Source: an uncultured virus (IMG/VR IMGVR_UViG_3300009159_008407) | Lineage: Duplodnaviria; Heunggongvirae; Uroviricota; Caudoviricetes | Reading direction: 5' to 3' (one strand) | IMG/VR virus record: IMGVR_UViG_3300009159_008407 | Length of the DNA stretch: 64,000 bases | The notes under the pieces: generated by a model | Seen by the model: the letters and a program-made list of their open reading frames with translations, nothing else | Databases searched by the model: none | What the model was told of the DNA's origin: nothing | Made by a program: the position numbers and the translations under genes | Part shown: positions 20,333 to 30,589 of the stretch, piece after piece | Layout of the letters: each line of letters begins with the position of its first letter | Numbering within the stretch: the first letter of the stretch is position 1

Positions 20333-22108
20333 TTAAGCTGTTGGAGCTTCACTAGCTGGAGGAGCTTCTGGTGGTGGTGCTTCACCCTCTGGTGGTGCTT
20401 CACCACCTACTTCTGCTGGACCACCTCCAAATGACGGAGGTAAGCCTCCTCCACCACCTCCTCCTCCACCACCGAGATCAGCGCCTCCTTCTGCTGGAGG
20501 AGCTCCTGCTTCGATAGCTTCCTTCCAGTTAGGACCAGAATTACCAATTTGTTGTAATTCCCATTGGAACTCTGCATCTTTTCTAAGATACTCTCTATTA
20601 GCAAGAACCTGGAGGTCTGTCCAATTAAGATATCTTTTTTGAGCGTATGTCTTAGAAATAAATTCACTTTGTGTGATATTATTGTAAGTTGTTGTTTTAA
20701 GTTCCATCTTTTGATTTTCTCTCAAATCGTAGAAGTTAGTTGGAGCATTAAAATCTACACTTAAATTAGTTTCTTTTAATTCATATTCATCCCAAATATT
20801 TTTAAGTTTGAGATGGGTAATGAATGTCTTTTTGATTGCTGAGGAAAATCTTTGCTGCATTCTAATAACAAAACGTGCAAATTTAAGTTCTTCTCTTAAA
20901 ATTTCACTACCATCTCTAAATGCATCTTGGGGGTCAAGTCTTGATGTTGGTACTTTAAGTGATCTATATAGCTTTTTGATAAAGTACATCAAATCAGATA
21001 ATTCACCAAGATTAGCACCACCAGGAAGTTGTTTTACATCTGTACCTTCTGATCCTTGACGCTTTGCAAACCAGAATGCATCTAGCATTGATTGTGGTGT
21101 AAATTTTTGTACTGCATCACCTTGATCAACATCAAACGTCTTTGTTGACCAATAATTCTGAATAAGCTTACGAAGATATGCTTCTGCTTTTGGTGGTGGC
21201 ATATTACCAACATCAACGTTGAATACAAGACGTTCTGGTGCTCTTACCATTCGGTAAATAACAATAGCATCTTCAATTAGAGAAAGCTGTCTATAAGCTC
21301 TTCTTGCATTTTCTAAAATTGGTAAAACAAATGTTCTATTTTCATCATATATACCAGAGTTGATATATGTAATCTGATTTTCATCCATTGGGATATAATC
21401 ATATTTTTCCACCTTTTGAGGTTGCTTAGGATCAAGAATAGGTTTTTTATAAATATAACCTTTGATCATAAGGTTTTGTAAGTTGTTATATACAGGGTCG
21501 CAAAGTTCAGATGGTATATTAACGAACCCTAAAATACCTTGATCTGAATAATCTTTATGAATAATATTTTCAAAAAATACTTCACCTTCAGTAAGAAATT
21601 GTCTGATATACGACCAACCTTTACTTTCAAAATCAAAATATTCTACAATTTTATTAAACTCTTTTGTTATAGTTTGTTGTTGATCATCTGTAAGTTTTAT
21701 GTCCCTAAACTCCAAATTTACAATATTACCATTTTCATCTTTGTTAACAAATTCATCACAAATTTCATCTAATGCATCAGCGACATCAGAATATGCTGCC
21801 ATAATTCGATAATCACGTAATCTACCAGCTTTGTCTGAATTAACGTTGGAATAAAGAACAGATTGAAGACTTTTATCAGCAGCAAATAGACCACCGCCAG
21901 GCTCACCTTGATTTCCAATAGCTATCGAATTATTTGCTAATGCCTCAGAGCGCTTTGGTCCATTTTTTGCAAAAACCTCATACTTGGGATTTTTTTCTTG
22001 GATGTTATCTACTTCTTTGTATGAGTAAGGCAACCTTTGTGCAATATAGGTCATTAGACCCCTACCAAATGTTGATGATTTACCTGTATTGTTTTCTTGC
22101 ATTGCCAT
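20333..22108 (-). CDS. gp20: portal vertex protein
   Basis: EDAIVIYRMVRAPERLVFNVDVGNMP, LPGGANLGE, REELKF. Confidence 0.96.
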   Translation of the reverse strand: MAMQENNTGKSSTFGRGLMTYIAQRLPYSYKEVDNIQEKNPKYEVFAKNGPKRSEALANNSIAIGNQGEPGGGLFAADKSLQSVLYSNVNSDKAGRLRDYRIMAAYSDVADALDEICDEFVNKDENGNIVNLEFRDIKLTDDQQQTITKEFNKIVEYFDFESKGWSYIRQFLTEGEVFFENIIHKDYSDQGILGFVNIPSELCDPVYNNLQNLMIKGYIYKKPILDPKQPQKVEKYDYIPMDENQITYINSGIYDENRTFVLPILENARRAYRQLSLIEDAIVIYRMVRAPERLVFNVDVGNMPPPKAEAYLRKLIQNYWSTKTFDVDQGDAVQKFTPQSMLDAFWFAKRQGSEGTDVKQLPGGANLGELSDLMYFIKKLYRSLKVPTSRLDPQDAFRDGSEILREELKFARFVIRMQQRFSSAIKKTFITHLKLKNIWDEYELKETNLSVDFNAPTNFYDLRENQKMELKTTTYNNITQSEFISKTYAQKRYLNWTDLQVLANREYLRKDAEFQWELQQIGNSGPNWKEAIEAGAPPAEGGADLGGGGGGGGGGLPPSFGGGPAEVGGEAPPEGEAPPPEAPPASEAPTA

Positions 22109-22125
22109 ATTATTATATATTTAAC

Positions 22126-23259
22126 TCAAATAAGTGTAAAAACAATGTTTCTTGATTGATATGATGAATCCCAACCAACTTCATTTGCAACAACTATTGT
22201 AAAATCACCTGTTTGTTGGGTATATGGTAAGGTGAAAAATAATAATTTATCGCTAACTATTGTATAATCATCAATAAGAAACCCACTTACTGTGCCTTGT
22301 TCGATTGTAGATATAGATGTGAATCCTGGGTATAAGCTAGTATTATTTGACGATAACATCAAATATAAAACATCACTATCTTTATACCATTCACCACCCA
22401 CCGAAAATGTTAGATTTGATAACTGATTACGTACTGTTGTATTTTGAGTAATTTCAACTTGAGCTTTAGAGCTAAAGGATGTTCTAGCATTAATACTTCT
22501 AACAGAAGGTATACCAGATATAGAAAATGATTCTGTTACACCTGTTAAATTCATACCAGAAAGTGTAAAATAAGAATTTTGTGTTAGAGCAGGACCTGAT
22601 TTAGCTGTTAGGTTATAAAAATTTGTATCGATAACAAAAATATTTGATGCTTCTTCGAACTTTTTAAATAACCAACCTTTTATTGTAAAGGTTGTGTCAG
22701 CAACAATATTATATTTGTCAGATGATGTAAGCTCTATAGGTGGGTTAAGATTGATATTACCATCCCATAATACCTCGGATCTTATCTCACCATAATAGCT
22801 TAACCCAGCTGATTCTGGTACCTTCCATGAAATTATAATATACGGGTTATTATATGGAACAAAATTAGATAAAATCTGATCAATATCAGATTGGAATTTT
22901 GCAATTATAGAAAGTGAAACTGTTATATTAACAGGTGTTGGTGTAGGTATCTTACTAAATGTTGCGCTATTTCGGTTATATATCTTTTGCATATAGAACC
23001 CATCCAATTTATTAAACACGCGGTCATTATCACGCGATATATTCGTCATGTTAACAGCTACTACAGGGAGTGTAATATTATGCTGTTCATTTATGATGTC
23101 ATACAGAACACGCTGTTTTGGAGCTAGTACATATCTTACTTCAATATTTGTTCTAGGTACTCTATCATTATCATACCTTTTAATAATACAATCATTAAAC
23201 GCAGCTAGAAACTGCGTAAGTAAGTCCTTGATTTCAAAATGATATGTGTAATTCTTCAC
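22126..23259 (-). CDS. gp15: tail terminator/sheath stabiliser with C-terminal extension
   Basis: FNDCIIKR, YVLAPKQR, TLPVV, QILSNFVPY, FTIKGWLF. Confidence 0.82.
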   Translation of the reverse strand: MKNYTYHFEIKDLLTQFLAAFNDCIIKRYDNDRVPRTNIEVRYVLAPKQRVLYDIINEQHNITLPVVAVNMTNISRDNDRVFNKLDGFYMQKIYNRNSATFSKIPTPTPVNITVSLSIIAKFQSDIDQILSNFVPYNNPYIIISWKVPESAGLSYYGEIRSEVLWDGNINLNPPIELTSSDKYNIVADTTFTIKGWLFKKFEEASNIFVIDTNFYNLTAKSGPALTQNSYFTLSGMNLTGVTESFSISGIPSVRSINARTSFSSKAQVEITQNTTVRNQLSNLTFSVGGEWYKDSDVLYLMLSSNNTSLYPGFTSISTIEQGTVSGFLIDDYTIVSDKLLFFTLPYTQQTGDFTIVVANEVGWDSSYQSRNIVFTLI

Positions 23260-23270
23260 CTAAATATTTA

Positions 23271-24905
23271 TCAGACAAATCGGTCGATAAAATATTTAGG
23301 TAAAATATTAGTGTTATTTTTTAATACATTGAGTACAGTTGCATCTAAAATATAAGTTACACAATGATCATCTTTTGATCTGATACCTCTTCCGCATGCT
23401 TGAATAAGTGAACATAACATTTTATTTTCATACCATTTTTTATCTGCATCAAATAACATTTTAATTCTCTGATCTGTTAATGGTAGGTATGGAGCTTTTA
23501 CAATAATCTGAAAACGAGCTAAATCATCTTTTAAATCTACACCATGAGTAAGAGATGGTGATACCAAGATAGTTGGATCTTCAGTTTCATAATGAAGTTT
23601 AAGAATTTCATCATTCATTACACCTTGTTCACGATACAAAAACCTTTTTTGACCACATTTAGCTTTAATAGCATTTGTAATAGCTAATGTATGGGTATGA
23701 ATAATACCTTTATCATTTTTATGCATATCACAAATGCTTTGTATCATATCAACCACTATTGGTAAAGTTGACTTCATTGAATATGCGTTTAATTTATGTT
23801 TTGCATTAACATAAATCGGAGCTTTTTTACTATCAAATGGTGATGTTACATCAATAAATTTAAAGTTTTCAATACCCAAAGTTTTTGCAAAAAGCTTTTC
23901 ATCAATAATAGTAGCAGACATCAATACAATTTTTTTACCATAATCAAAAAGATATTTTGTAAGCCTGTCTACTTTAAGTGGTGTAAATGTAACAATATTG
24001 CCGTTTTTCTTTTCAATTAAATACTCACAATCATTCCAAGACTCAATAAGCAATTGAAGTTTGCTATTTAGATTTTTTAACCCGAGCATCTTCTTCTTTT
24101 CGTTTTCGAGATAGTTAGTTAACTTGTTATTACCTTTAATAGTCAACTCGATTGCCTTTACCTTCTCTTGAAGGGATAATGCAAGTGATTCAACACCACG
24201 ATATGCTTTTGCATAATCACCTGCTGGAATACTACTAGAATAAAAATTCACATCACATTCATCAAGAAAATCTGTATCAATATTACAAGTGAATTGTTTT
24301 ACAAATTCATCTTCTAGTTCTGATGCTTCATCACAAATAATATAATCTCGATGCTTTACATGGTTAGGTAAAGAGAAAAACATTTTATAGTTTAGAGTTG
24401 CAAACGGACTTATAACTGCCTCGTTTCTATCTCTATAATAGGTACAGAAATCTTTTCTCCAACATTCATCTCTTAAGTTTTTAATATGAACACAAGGTGC
24501 TGTTTCAACGGAGTAATTTTTATCTACCTCACAAAGGTAGTTACTTTTACCTTTTAAAACTTTTACATCATCAAAAAATTGCTTGTATTGATCCTGAAGA
24601 CCTTTCGTTACAGTTAATGCGAAACAACCGAATGGTTGCTTTTCAGTTTCATTAACGCAATCATATTCATACTCACCATCCTGCTTATATGCAAGATAAG
24701 ATGTAATAAGATCTCTAAATTCTTTAGAGCATTGATTGGAAGCGTTAGCTACAGTTTTTGATATAAAGGACTTACCAGTACCGGTAGGTGCTCTTACCAC
24801 AACAAATTTATGACCCTCTAAAAATGCTTGCTCAATATTATTGAGTACAGTTTGTTGAGCTTCGTTAGGTTTATATCCAGATGGAAAACAATTAATTAAT
24901 TTCAC
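23271..24905 (-). CDS. DinG/Rad3-like SF2 helicase
   Basis: APTGTGKS, GKSNYLC, DEAS, MSAT, GVDL, QACGRGIR; Cys cluster. Confidence 0.9.
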   Translation of the reverse strand: MKLINCFPSGYKPNEAQQTVLNNIEQAFLEGHKFVVVRAPTGTGKSFISKTVANASNQCSKEFRDLITSYLAYKQDGEYEYDCVNETEKQPFGCFALTVTKGLQDQYKQFFDDVKVLKGKSNYLCEVDKNYSVETAPCVHIKNLRDECWRKDFCTYYRDRNEAVISPFATLNYKMFFSLPNHVKHRDYIICDEASELEDEFVKQFTCNIDTDFLDECDVNFYSSSIPAGDYAKAYRGVESLALSLQEKVKAIELTIKGNNKLTNYLENEKKKMLGLKNLNSKLQLLIESWNDCEYLIEKKNGNIVTFTPLKVDRLTKYLFDYGKKIVLMSATIIDEKLFAKTLGIENFKFIDVTSPFDSKKAPIYVNAKHKLNAYSMKSTLPIVVDMIQSICDMHKNDKGIIHTHTLAITNAIKAKCGQKRFLYREQGVMNDEILKLHYETEDPTILVSPSLTHGVDLKDDLARFQIIVKAPYLPLTDQRIKMLFDADKKWYENKMLCSLIQACGRGIRSKDDHCVTYILDATVLNVLKNNTNILPKYFIDRFV

Positions 24906-24927
24906 ACCTTTATTATAGCTTATACAT

Positions 24928-25269
24928 TCATTCAGTCAACATATATAAAAAACTATCATACATTTTATTAGAAGTTTTTTTATCTGTTGTTTTGAGTTTA
25001 TAATATAACTCAGAATTATTACTATTACAGAAACTACTCAATGTATATTCAAATGCTAATGAATTAGTTGTTTCATGAATTTTATAAGGATATGGTACTT
25101 CAAATACTTTGATTTCGTTATCAATTAGTAAATTAAATTTAATAAAGAACTGTTTTATTGTAAAAATTTTCAGCTTACCCCTTTTAATTACCTTGTTATT
25201 AAGTTTAAAGGTAATTGGTTTAAGTAAGAAGTTGTTTATTTTTTTCTCGATAGCATCTTTATTTCTCAT
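24928..25269 (-). CDS. hypothetical protein
   Basis: 113-aa ORF coupled to upstream gene. Confidence 0.6.
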   Translation of the reverse strand: MRNKDAIEKKINNFLLKPITFKLNNKVIKRGKLKIFTIKQFFIKFNLLIDNEIKVFEVPYPYKIHETTNSLAFEYTLSSFCNSNNSELYYKLKTTDKKTSNKMYDSFLYMLTE

Positions 25270-25637
25270 GACATCATAAAATTAATTTTTTGCTGTGCAG
25301 TCATTAACCGTAAATTATTATTAAAATACTCCCAGAATTTATCATCACCAGGAATTTTATTTAAAACAATAACAGTTTCTGCTGGTATGTTTCTAAAATC
25401 TTGCATTATAATATCCCAAACAATAACTAAACCTTCTGACTCAGGATTGAATTTTGGAGCTTGTACTGGGGCTCTATAACCTAAAGAAATTAAGCCGTTA
25501 TTGGAGTTCAGAATATTATTGCTTTTTGTGCATACCATTCTACGTGTTATTGGTTTACCCTTTACTGGTAACCTTCTAACAAATCTTAGATCTAGCACAT
25601 TATCAGCTAATAAAGAATCTAACTCAGATGTTGTCAT
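25266..25637 (-). CDS. WYL_2/Sm-like SH3-barrel protein
   Basis: LRFVRR..RRMVCT..VWDI..DFRNI pattern. Confidence 0.6.
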   Translation of the reverse strand: MTTSELDSLLADNVLDLRFVRRLPVKGKPITRRMVCTKSNNILNSNNGLISLGYRAPVQAPKFNPESEGLVIVWDIIMQDFRNIPAETVIVLNKIPGDDKFWEYFNNNLRLMTAQQKINFMMS

Positions 25638-26037
25638 CTGTTTCTAAAGGTTTACAAATACCAAAAATACGCTGTTCATTTAAAAACATACCCTTTTTGA
25701 GTAACCCATAACCTTCAACTTCAATATTAGCAACTGTAATTCCTTTATCGTTTGGAAAAATTACAATATCACCTTTTTTGGTGAACTTAACATTGGGACC
25801 CACAAGGATAACTTCAGCTTTTCTCCATGCAGCTCTAACTGCATTAGCTTTGATGAATATTGAACCTCGTTTAATAAGATCACCATCATCTGCCTCCATG
25901 TCAATATATTTGACAAGAATGATATCATCAAAAATGAAGGTGAGCTTATGTTCTTGTAAACCGAAGTCACCTTCACTATGTGAACTTAAATCAATTACAC
26001 TTTTTTGTGTTGGTAAAATATCAATATCTGCAGGCAT
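25624..26037 (-). CDS. GroES-like co-chaperonin (gp31 analogue)
   Basis: DDIILV, GSIFI, AEVILVGPNV, KGDIVIFP, LNEQRIFG. Confidence 0.8.
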   Translation of the reverse strand: MPADIDILPTQKSVIDLSSHSEGDFGLQEHKLTFIFDDIILVKYIDMEADDGDLIKRGSIFIKANAVRAAWRKAEVILVGPNVKFTKKGDIVIFPNDKGITVANIEVEGYGLLKKGMFLNEQRIFGICKPLETDDNI

Positions 26038-26053
26038 ACAGATAGTTAATCAA

Positions 26054-26398
26054 TTATTTCAACATATCAACGTATAAATCTAATTCTCTTTTTGAAAGAA
26101 ATTCTCTCTTTATAGGTTGAACATCATCAGCTTCTTTTTTCGTCTTTTTGATATATGATATCTTTTTAAATTTTAACTTAGGTAAAAAGTAAAAATAAAA
26201 ATCAAATAAAGCAGTTTTATCATCAAATGGTAAACTACGATTTAAAAAATTATTAACATATACAGCAAGTTCTTTGTTATACATAGAGGTCCATCTATTA
26301 ATCATAAATGGACCCCCGAATGTATTTTCGTCTTCTAAATTCAAATCAATTTTTTTCTTTGAATAAAGAATACTATTAAGAATGTCAAATATTGTCAT
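26054..26398 (-). CDS. gp62: clamp loader small subunit-like
   Basis: IFDILNSI, PFMINRWTS, FDFY, ISYIKK. Confidence 0.7.
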   Translation of the reverse strand: MTIFDILNSILYSKKKIDLNLEDENTFGGPFMINRWTSMYNKELAVYVNNFLNRSLPFDDKTALFDFYFYFLPKLKFKKISYIKKTKKEADDVQPIKREFLSKRELDLYVDMLK

Positions 26399-26592
26399 TC
26401 AATGCTAGCTTGATATTATCGTTTACCTTTACGTAAAACTGTTTCATAATATCGTTAAGTGCTTTATTACCAGCAGCTGGATCCATTGTGATTACATCGT
26501 TACGATTAAGCTTAATCGTATACTCGACACTTTTATCATTAAGGGTTACGGTTGTGGTGATTGTTACTACGTTTTGTTCTGTTGTTTTTCAT
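26385..26592 (-). pseudogene. small protein-like frame out of register with its ATG
   Basis: stop-free frame 26588-26385 (KTTEQNVVTI...LALNDNI) is one base off ATG at 26592 within an A5 run. Confidence 0.4.
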
Positions 26593-26593
26593 A

Positions 26594-27175
26594 TTAAACT
26601 ATTACTTTAGCGGTTGCGATAAAAATATCCTGTGTCATGTTATAAAACTCTGTCTCAACTTCAGCCATAAATTCTAAACACTGCTCAATTGGTAAATTCG
26701 TTGAGTATGCAAAATTAGGAGCTAGTGGACCTGCAACGATATTTATTCCAGTATGACCAATAGCAACATTATCTTTACTATATGTAATACTCACACTCGC
26801 TTTACCTTTTTCTTGCTCAGTACCATCACTACCAATAAACTTATCATACACCATAATATCATCACCTCTTACAGATATACTCTTTGAGATGTACTTATAA
26901 AGTATGCTAGCGATTTTAGTATTAAACAATCTCTGAAAGCAGACTGCACCAAAAGCATCTAGGTTAGGTATCTCCCAACAAAAATTCATAGCACCTTGAC
27001 TCACAATATAATCGTTAGACATAGAGTCTTCTAAGTCAATAAGATTTGTTGATACCATCATAGGACCTACAAATGAAACAATATCACCTGTAGCTCTAAT
27101 ATTTTTCTTCAAATATCTATATGCAAATCTTTCATGAATTAGAGAGCCGTCATAATTTTTTTCTTCAATATACAT
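26594..27175 (-). CDS. DUF366-like protein (class II aaRS/biotin-lipoate ligase-like fold)
   Basis: DIVSFVGPM, IDLED, FQRLF, RGDD, KASVSI, HTGINI. Confidence 0.7.
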   Translation of the reverse strand: MYIEEKNYDGSLIHERFAYRYLKKNIRATGDIVSFVGPMMVSTNLIDLEDSMSNDYIVSQGAMNFCWEIPNLDAFGAVCFQRLFNTKIASILYKYISKSISVRGDDIMVYDKFIGSDGTEQEKGKASVSITYSKDNVAIGHTGINIVAGPLAPNFAYSTNLPIEQCLEFMAEVETEFYNMTQDIFIATAKVIV

Positions 27176-27208
27176 ACCTTATTATAATATAAGACTATCG
27201 AAGTTCAA

Positions 27209-27685
27209 TTATCTTTTTAAATTTAAATATGTTGGGCCGTTATGATTTATCATTTCAGATACGATGGTGCTGATATCTTCTTTTTTATCAGGCCAGTACT
27301 TAATAATTTTATCGAATGTTTCTAATACAGATTTATCATCACCAGCATAGTGTGTGAACCCATCATGAGCATAATCATTATCTCTACCAGTACCTACTAG
27401 TTTAACGTTACATTTTTCATGATTGAGGTGGTTACGAATCAACTCGTATGGTCTACACAGCAAAAAAGGTGTAATACTATATACAATTGGAATTTTACCA
27501 GAGTCAGCAAGACCAACAGCCATTCCTAGCATAAGCTGTTCTGATGCTCCAATAGTCATTGCTCTATCAGGGTATTTCTTAATTATGTTATCAAATATTT
27601 TATATCCAAGATCAGCTGTAATAAAAAATACATCTTTATTATTATCCATCTGGGTTTCTATAGCTTCGGCGAATTTATATCTCAT
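27209..27685 (-). CDS. transketolase-like pyrimidine-binding subunit
   Basis: TADLG, GASEQ, RPYELIR, GFTH, GPTYL. Confidence 0.88.
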   Translation of the reverse strand: MRYKFAEAIETQMDNNKDVFFITADLGYKIFDNIIKKYPDRAMTIGASEQLMLGMAVGLADSGKIPIVYSITPFLLCRPYELIRNHLNHEKCNVKLVGTGRDNDYAHDGFTHYAGDDKSVLETFDKIIKYWPDKKEDISTIVSEMINHNGPTYLNLKR

Positions 27686-27690
27686 TATGT

Positions 27691-28347
27691 TTAATATAAC
27701 TTAAGATTGTTGAGTGTTTCTTCACTAGTAATTTTCACGTAATGTGCTTCGATACCCTTTTCATTTAAGTAAGGTACCGATGTTAAATGTTTTGATGTAT
27801 CCACAAACGTTACATTTTTTAGTTTATAGCTAGTAATAATTCGTTTTAATGTTTGTATGTTAACATTATCATATGCACTAATACCATTAGCATTAACATA
27901 TACATTGAGATTTGGTACATTCACCTTTGTCAAAAAATATAAACTCTCCCAGATACTACCCTCACAACATTCACCATCAGATATAATACAATGTACATGT
28001 CTTGTATTATCAGCTAACGCTGCACCAATAGCAATAGGTAATCCTAAACCAAGACTACCTGTTGAACAGAAGATGTTATTTTCGGAGTCTTTCGTTGGGT
28101 GGATACCATGTTTTGTTAAAAGATATTCTGCGTCTTTTCCCTCGTATGCCTCTTGACAAACATACTGGGCTAACCCAGCATGTCCGTTAGATAAAATTAC
28201 AACATCGTTTTCAGACTTCGTTTCATAAATGTGAAATAATATAGGTAGTGTGGTCAAACAACTACTAAGATGTGATAACTCATGTTTAAACGTAATGTCT
28301 AATACTTTGTTATATAGGGTTTTGAATTTTTTATTTAATTTTTTCAT
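27691..28347 (-). CDS. transketolase-like TPP-binding subunit
   Basis: HLSS, LSNGH, STGSLGLGL, SDGECCEGSIWE..N. Confidence 0.88.
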   Translation of the reverse strand: MKKLNKKFKTLYNKVLDITFKHELSHLSSCLTTLPILFHIYETKSENDVVILSNGHAGLAQYVCQEAYEGKDAEYLLTKHGIHPTKDSENNIFCSTGSLGLGLPIAIGAALADNTRHVHCIISDGECCEGSIWESLYFLTKVNVPNLNVYVNANGISAYDNVNIQTLKRIITSYKLKNVTFVDTSKHLTSVPYLNEKGIEAHYVKITSEETLNNLKLY

Positions 28348-29086
28348 TGAGCCAATTTACTACATCAGTATTAAACAATTGATCAAACTTAGGTTTAGCA
28401 CCACCACGTGCAACATGATAACATTTAAGCGGTTTACCTCTAATAAATGGTTTACCATCTACAATCGTGCATTCCTTTTCAAGGTTAAGAGATGAACAAC
28501 CATAATAGCTGTGTCTATTTACGTCATTTGGGGTCCAACCACCATCAAGAACTTTAAAGTTAAAATTTCCGAATTCTACGACTAAGTTTAATACATCATT
28601 ATCCTTACATGTCATATGATCTGCATGTTTAACAGATGCCTTTTCGTATGTATCCCAAAAGTTTTTACTTGTAGATGCAACTAATCCAGCTTGAATATAT
28701 TTTTGATCTGGTACTATATTGTAAAATTTACTATTATAGGATTCAATTTTTAAGCTAACATTTTCATAATAGTTGAAGTTTGATGGAGCAGCAACATCAA
28801 AATCACCTGCTAAAATTTCATCTAACCTATCGAAGAAAAAATGGTCTGCATCAATATTGACCACCAAATCATAATCGTTATAAAATAATTTAGCTGCAGA
28901 TGCTTTCATCTTAAACAAATCCAAACTAGGAATCGATTTACGTAGCTCAGCAATTTCTTTATCACCAACTACAAATAGTGGTATATCTGGGTGGAAATGT
29001 TTAAAGCTTTTTTCAAATAAATTATATTCAATACCGCTGTAATTTTTATAGCTGTCCTGTAAAATTGTAAAAAAACAAGTTTTCAT
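28331..29086 (-). CDS. GT-A glycosyltransferase (GT8-like)
   Basis: DAD DxD motif, YIQAGLV, DNDVLN, YHVA. Confidence 0.7.
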   Translation of the reverse strand: MKTCFFTILQDSYKNYSGIEYNLFEKSFKHFHPDIPLFVVGDKEIAELRKSIPSLDLFKMKASAAKLFYNDYDLVVNIDADHFFFDRLDEILAGDFDVAAPSNFNYYENVSLKIESYNSKFYNIVPDQKYIQAGLVASTSKNFWDTYEKASVKHADHMTCKDNDVLNLVVEFGNFNFKVLDGGWTPNDVNRHSYYGCSSLNLEKECTIVDGKPFIRGKPLKCYHVARGGAKPKFDQLFNTDVVNWLNEKIK

Positions 29087-29787
29087 TTATATGCTAATAC
29101 ATTGAGGTTATTATTAAGAAATTCACTATTCATAAATTTAATTTTATACCCCATTCCTGTAAACTTGGAAATTACATCTATTGGGTTAACTCCTGGTGAT
29201 GGGTGTAACTCAATATAAATATTTTTACACATTTCAGCAACTTCAACAAATGATGGATCACCTAAAACTGCAAACTGTTCACCACCTTCAATATCAAGTT
29301 TAAGTAAGTCGATTTGTGATTCACCAGTAGCTTTAATATAATCAATAATCTTAACACAATTTACACTAGTACCGTGTGATGCAATTCTATTGGTTGTGGT
29401 ATTAGATGAATCAACCATAAAGGTACATTGACCATTGTAATTGTTAAATGCAACTTCACTAAATCGAATATTTTTAATATCTAACAACCCGCTTAACTTC
29501 CTCAAAACATCAAGGTGGTTGGTAGTTGGTTCAACAGCATAAATTTTTTTGCACGCTTTATGTAAAAATAGTGAAAACAATCCAATATTAGTACCACCAT
29601 CAATTACAATAGCGTCGTTATTTTCAAAAATTTTCAAAAAGTCAGGATCATTATAATGACCACTATTAATTTCTTTTTCAATAATATGTTTTGTATATGA
29701 ACTACCATTAGTATAGTAGCTGATAAATTCATCACATAATGATAAATCAATTGGTGTGGAATTTAATACATTGAGCTCAATTTTCAT
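29083..29787 (-). CDS. FkbM-family methyltransferase
   Basis: VIDGGTNIGLFS, YAVEP, LLKLDIEGGE, IELH. Confidence 0.88.
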   Translation of the reverse strand: MKIELNVLNSTPIDLSLCDEFISYYTNGSSYTKHIIEKEINSGHYNDPDFLKIFENNDAIVIDGGTNIGLFSLFLHKACKKIYAVEPTTNHLDVLRKLSGLLDIKNIRFSEVAFNNYNGQCTFMVDSSNTTTNRIASHGTSVNCVKIIDYIKATGESQIDLLKLDIEGGEQFAVLGDPSFVEVAEMCKNIYIELHPSPGVNPIDVISKFTGMGYKIKFMNSEFLNNNLNVLAYK

Positions 29788-30589
29788 AATCATATATAAA
29801 CTCTTTTAACCCGCTTTCAACTGTATATTCACATTTAAAATTTAAAATGTTATAAGACTTAGTTGTATCACATATCCACGTTTGAGAATCACACTGTTTA
29901 ATATCATTTAAAAATTTAACTGATGCAACGCTAGGGTTAATTATTTTTAGCATTATGTTTAAAATATCAGCATTAGAATAAGATATACCAGACCCCACAT
30001 TAAAAATTTCACCTTTTGTTTTTGTGGAGTCGATAATTAACTCAATACATCTAACAAAATCTTTAATATAAATGAAATCATGATCACCTTTAATTAAACT
30101 GATATCAGTTTTATCTATCAACTTTTTACGTAGTGTTGGTATTAGTCGTCTTTCAGGTTCATTTTTACCATAAACACTAAACGGTCTAACAACACATATA
30201 TCTTTATTATAATCAATTGATGTCTGTATACACTTTTGGGTACCCCATAATTTTGAAGCAGCATAATATGTAACAGGTATACATTCCATACTCTCATTCA
30301 TTGGTTTATTAACAATACCGTATTCTGATGACGATCCAAAATAAATCATTTTAACATCATTAACTTTAACCCAATCAAGTATGCTCTCTGTTAGTTTAAT
30401 ATTACTGACATACATCTGTGATTCATTATAAATCTCGCCTGCACTATGAATAATTATATCTGGTTTTAAATTATTAAGAGTATCAATAACACTCTCACCT
30501 CTTTTATATTTGTAATAATTATGTTGAGGTAATAACTCAACAATGCTTTTACCTAAAAATCCAGTCGATCCTGTAATGTATATTTTCAT
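29777..30589 (-). CDS. NAD-dependent epimerase/dehydratase
   Basis: ITGSTGFLG, GSSSEYG, YAASK, RPFSVYG, DFIYIKD. Confidence 0.9.
   Translation of the reverse strand: MKIYITGSTGFLGKSIVELLPQHNYYKYKRGESVIDTLNNLKPDIIIHSAGEIYNESQMYVSNIKLTESILDWVKVNDVKMIYFGSSSEYGIVNKPMNESMECIPVTYYAASKLWGTQKCIQTSIDYNKDICVVRPFSVYGKNEPERRLIPTLRKKLIDKTDISLIKGDHDFIYIKDFVRCIELIIDSTKTKGEIFNVGSGISYSNADILNIMLKIINPSVASVKFLNDIKQCDSQTWICDTTKSYNILNFKCEYTVESGLKEFIYDYEN

Noticed and set aside
20333..20520. GC-rich CCT/CCA repeats
   Set aside because: They encode the Gly/Pro/Glu low-complexity portal tail
26501..26520. 20-bp palindrome TACGATTAAGCTTAATCGTA
   Set aside because: Single AT-rich copy inside a probable coding frame, no supporting context
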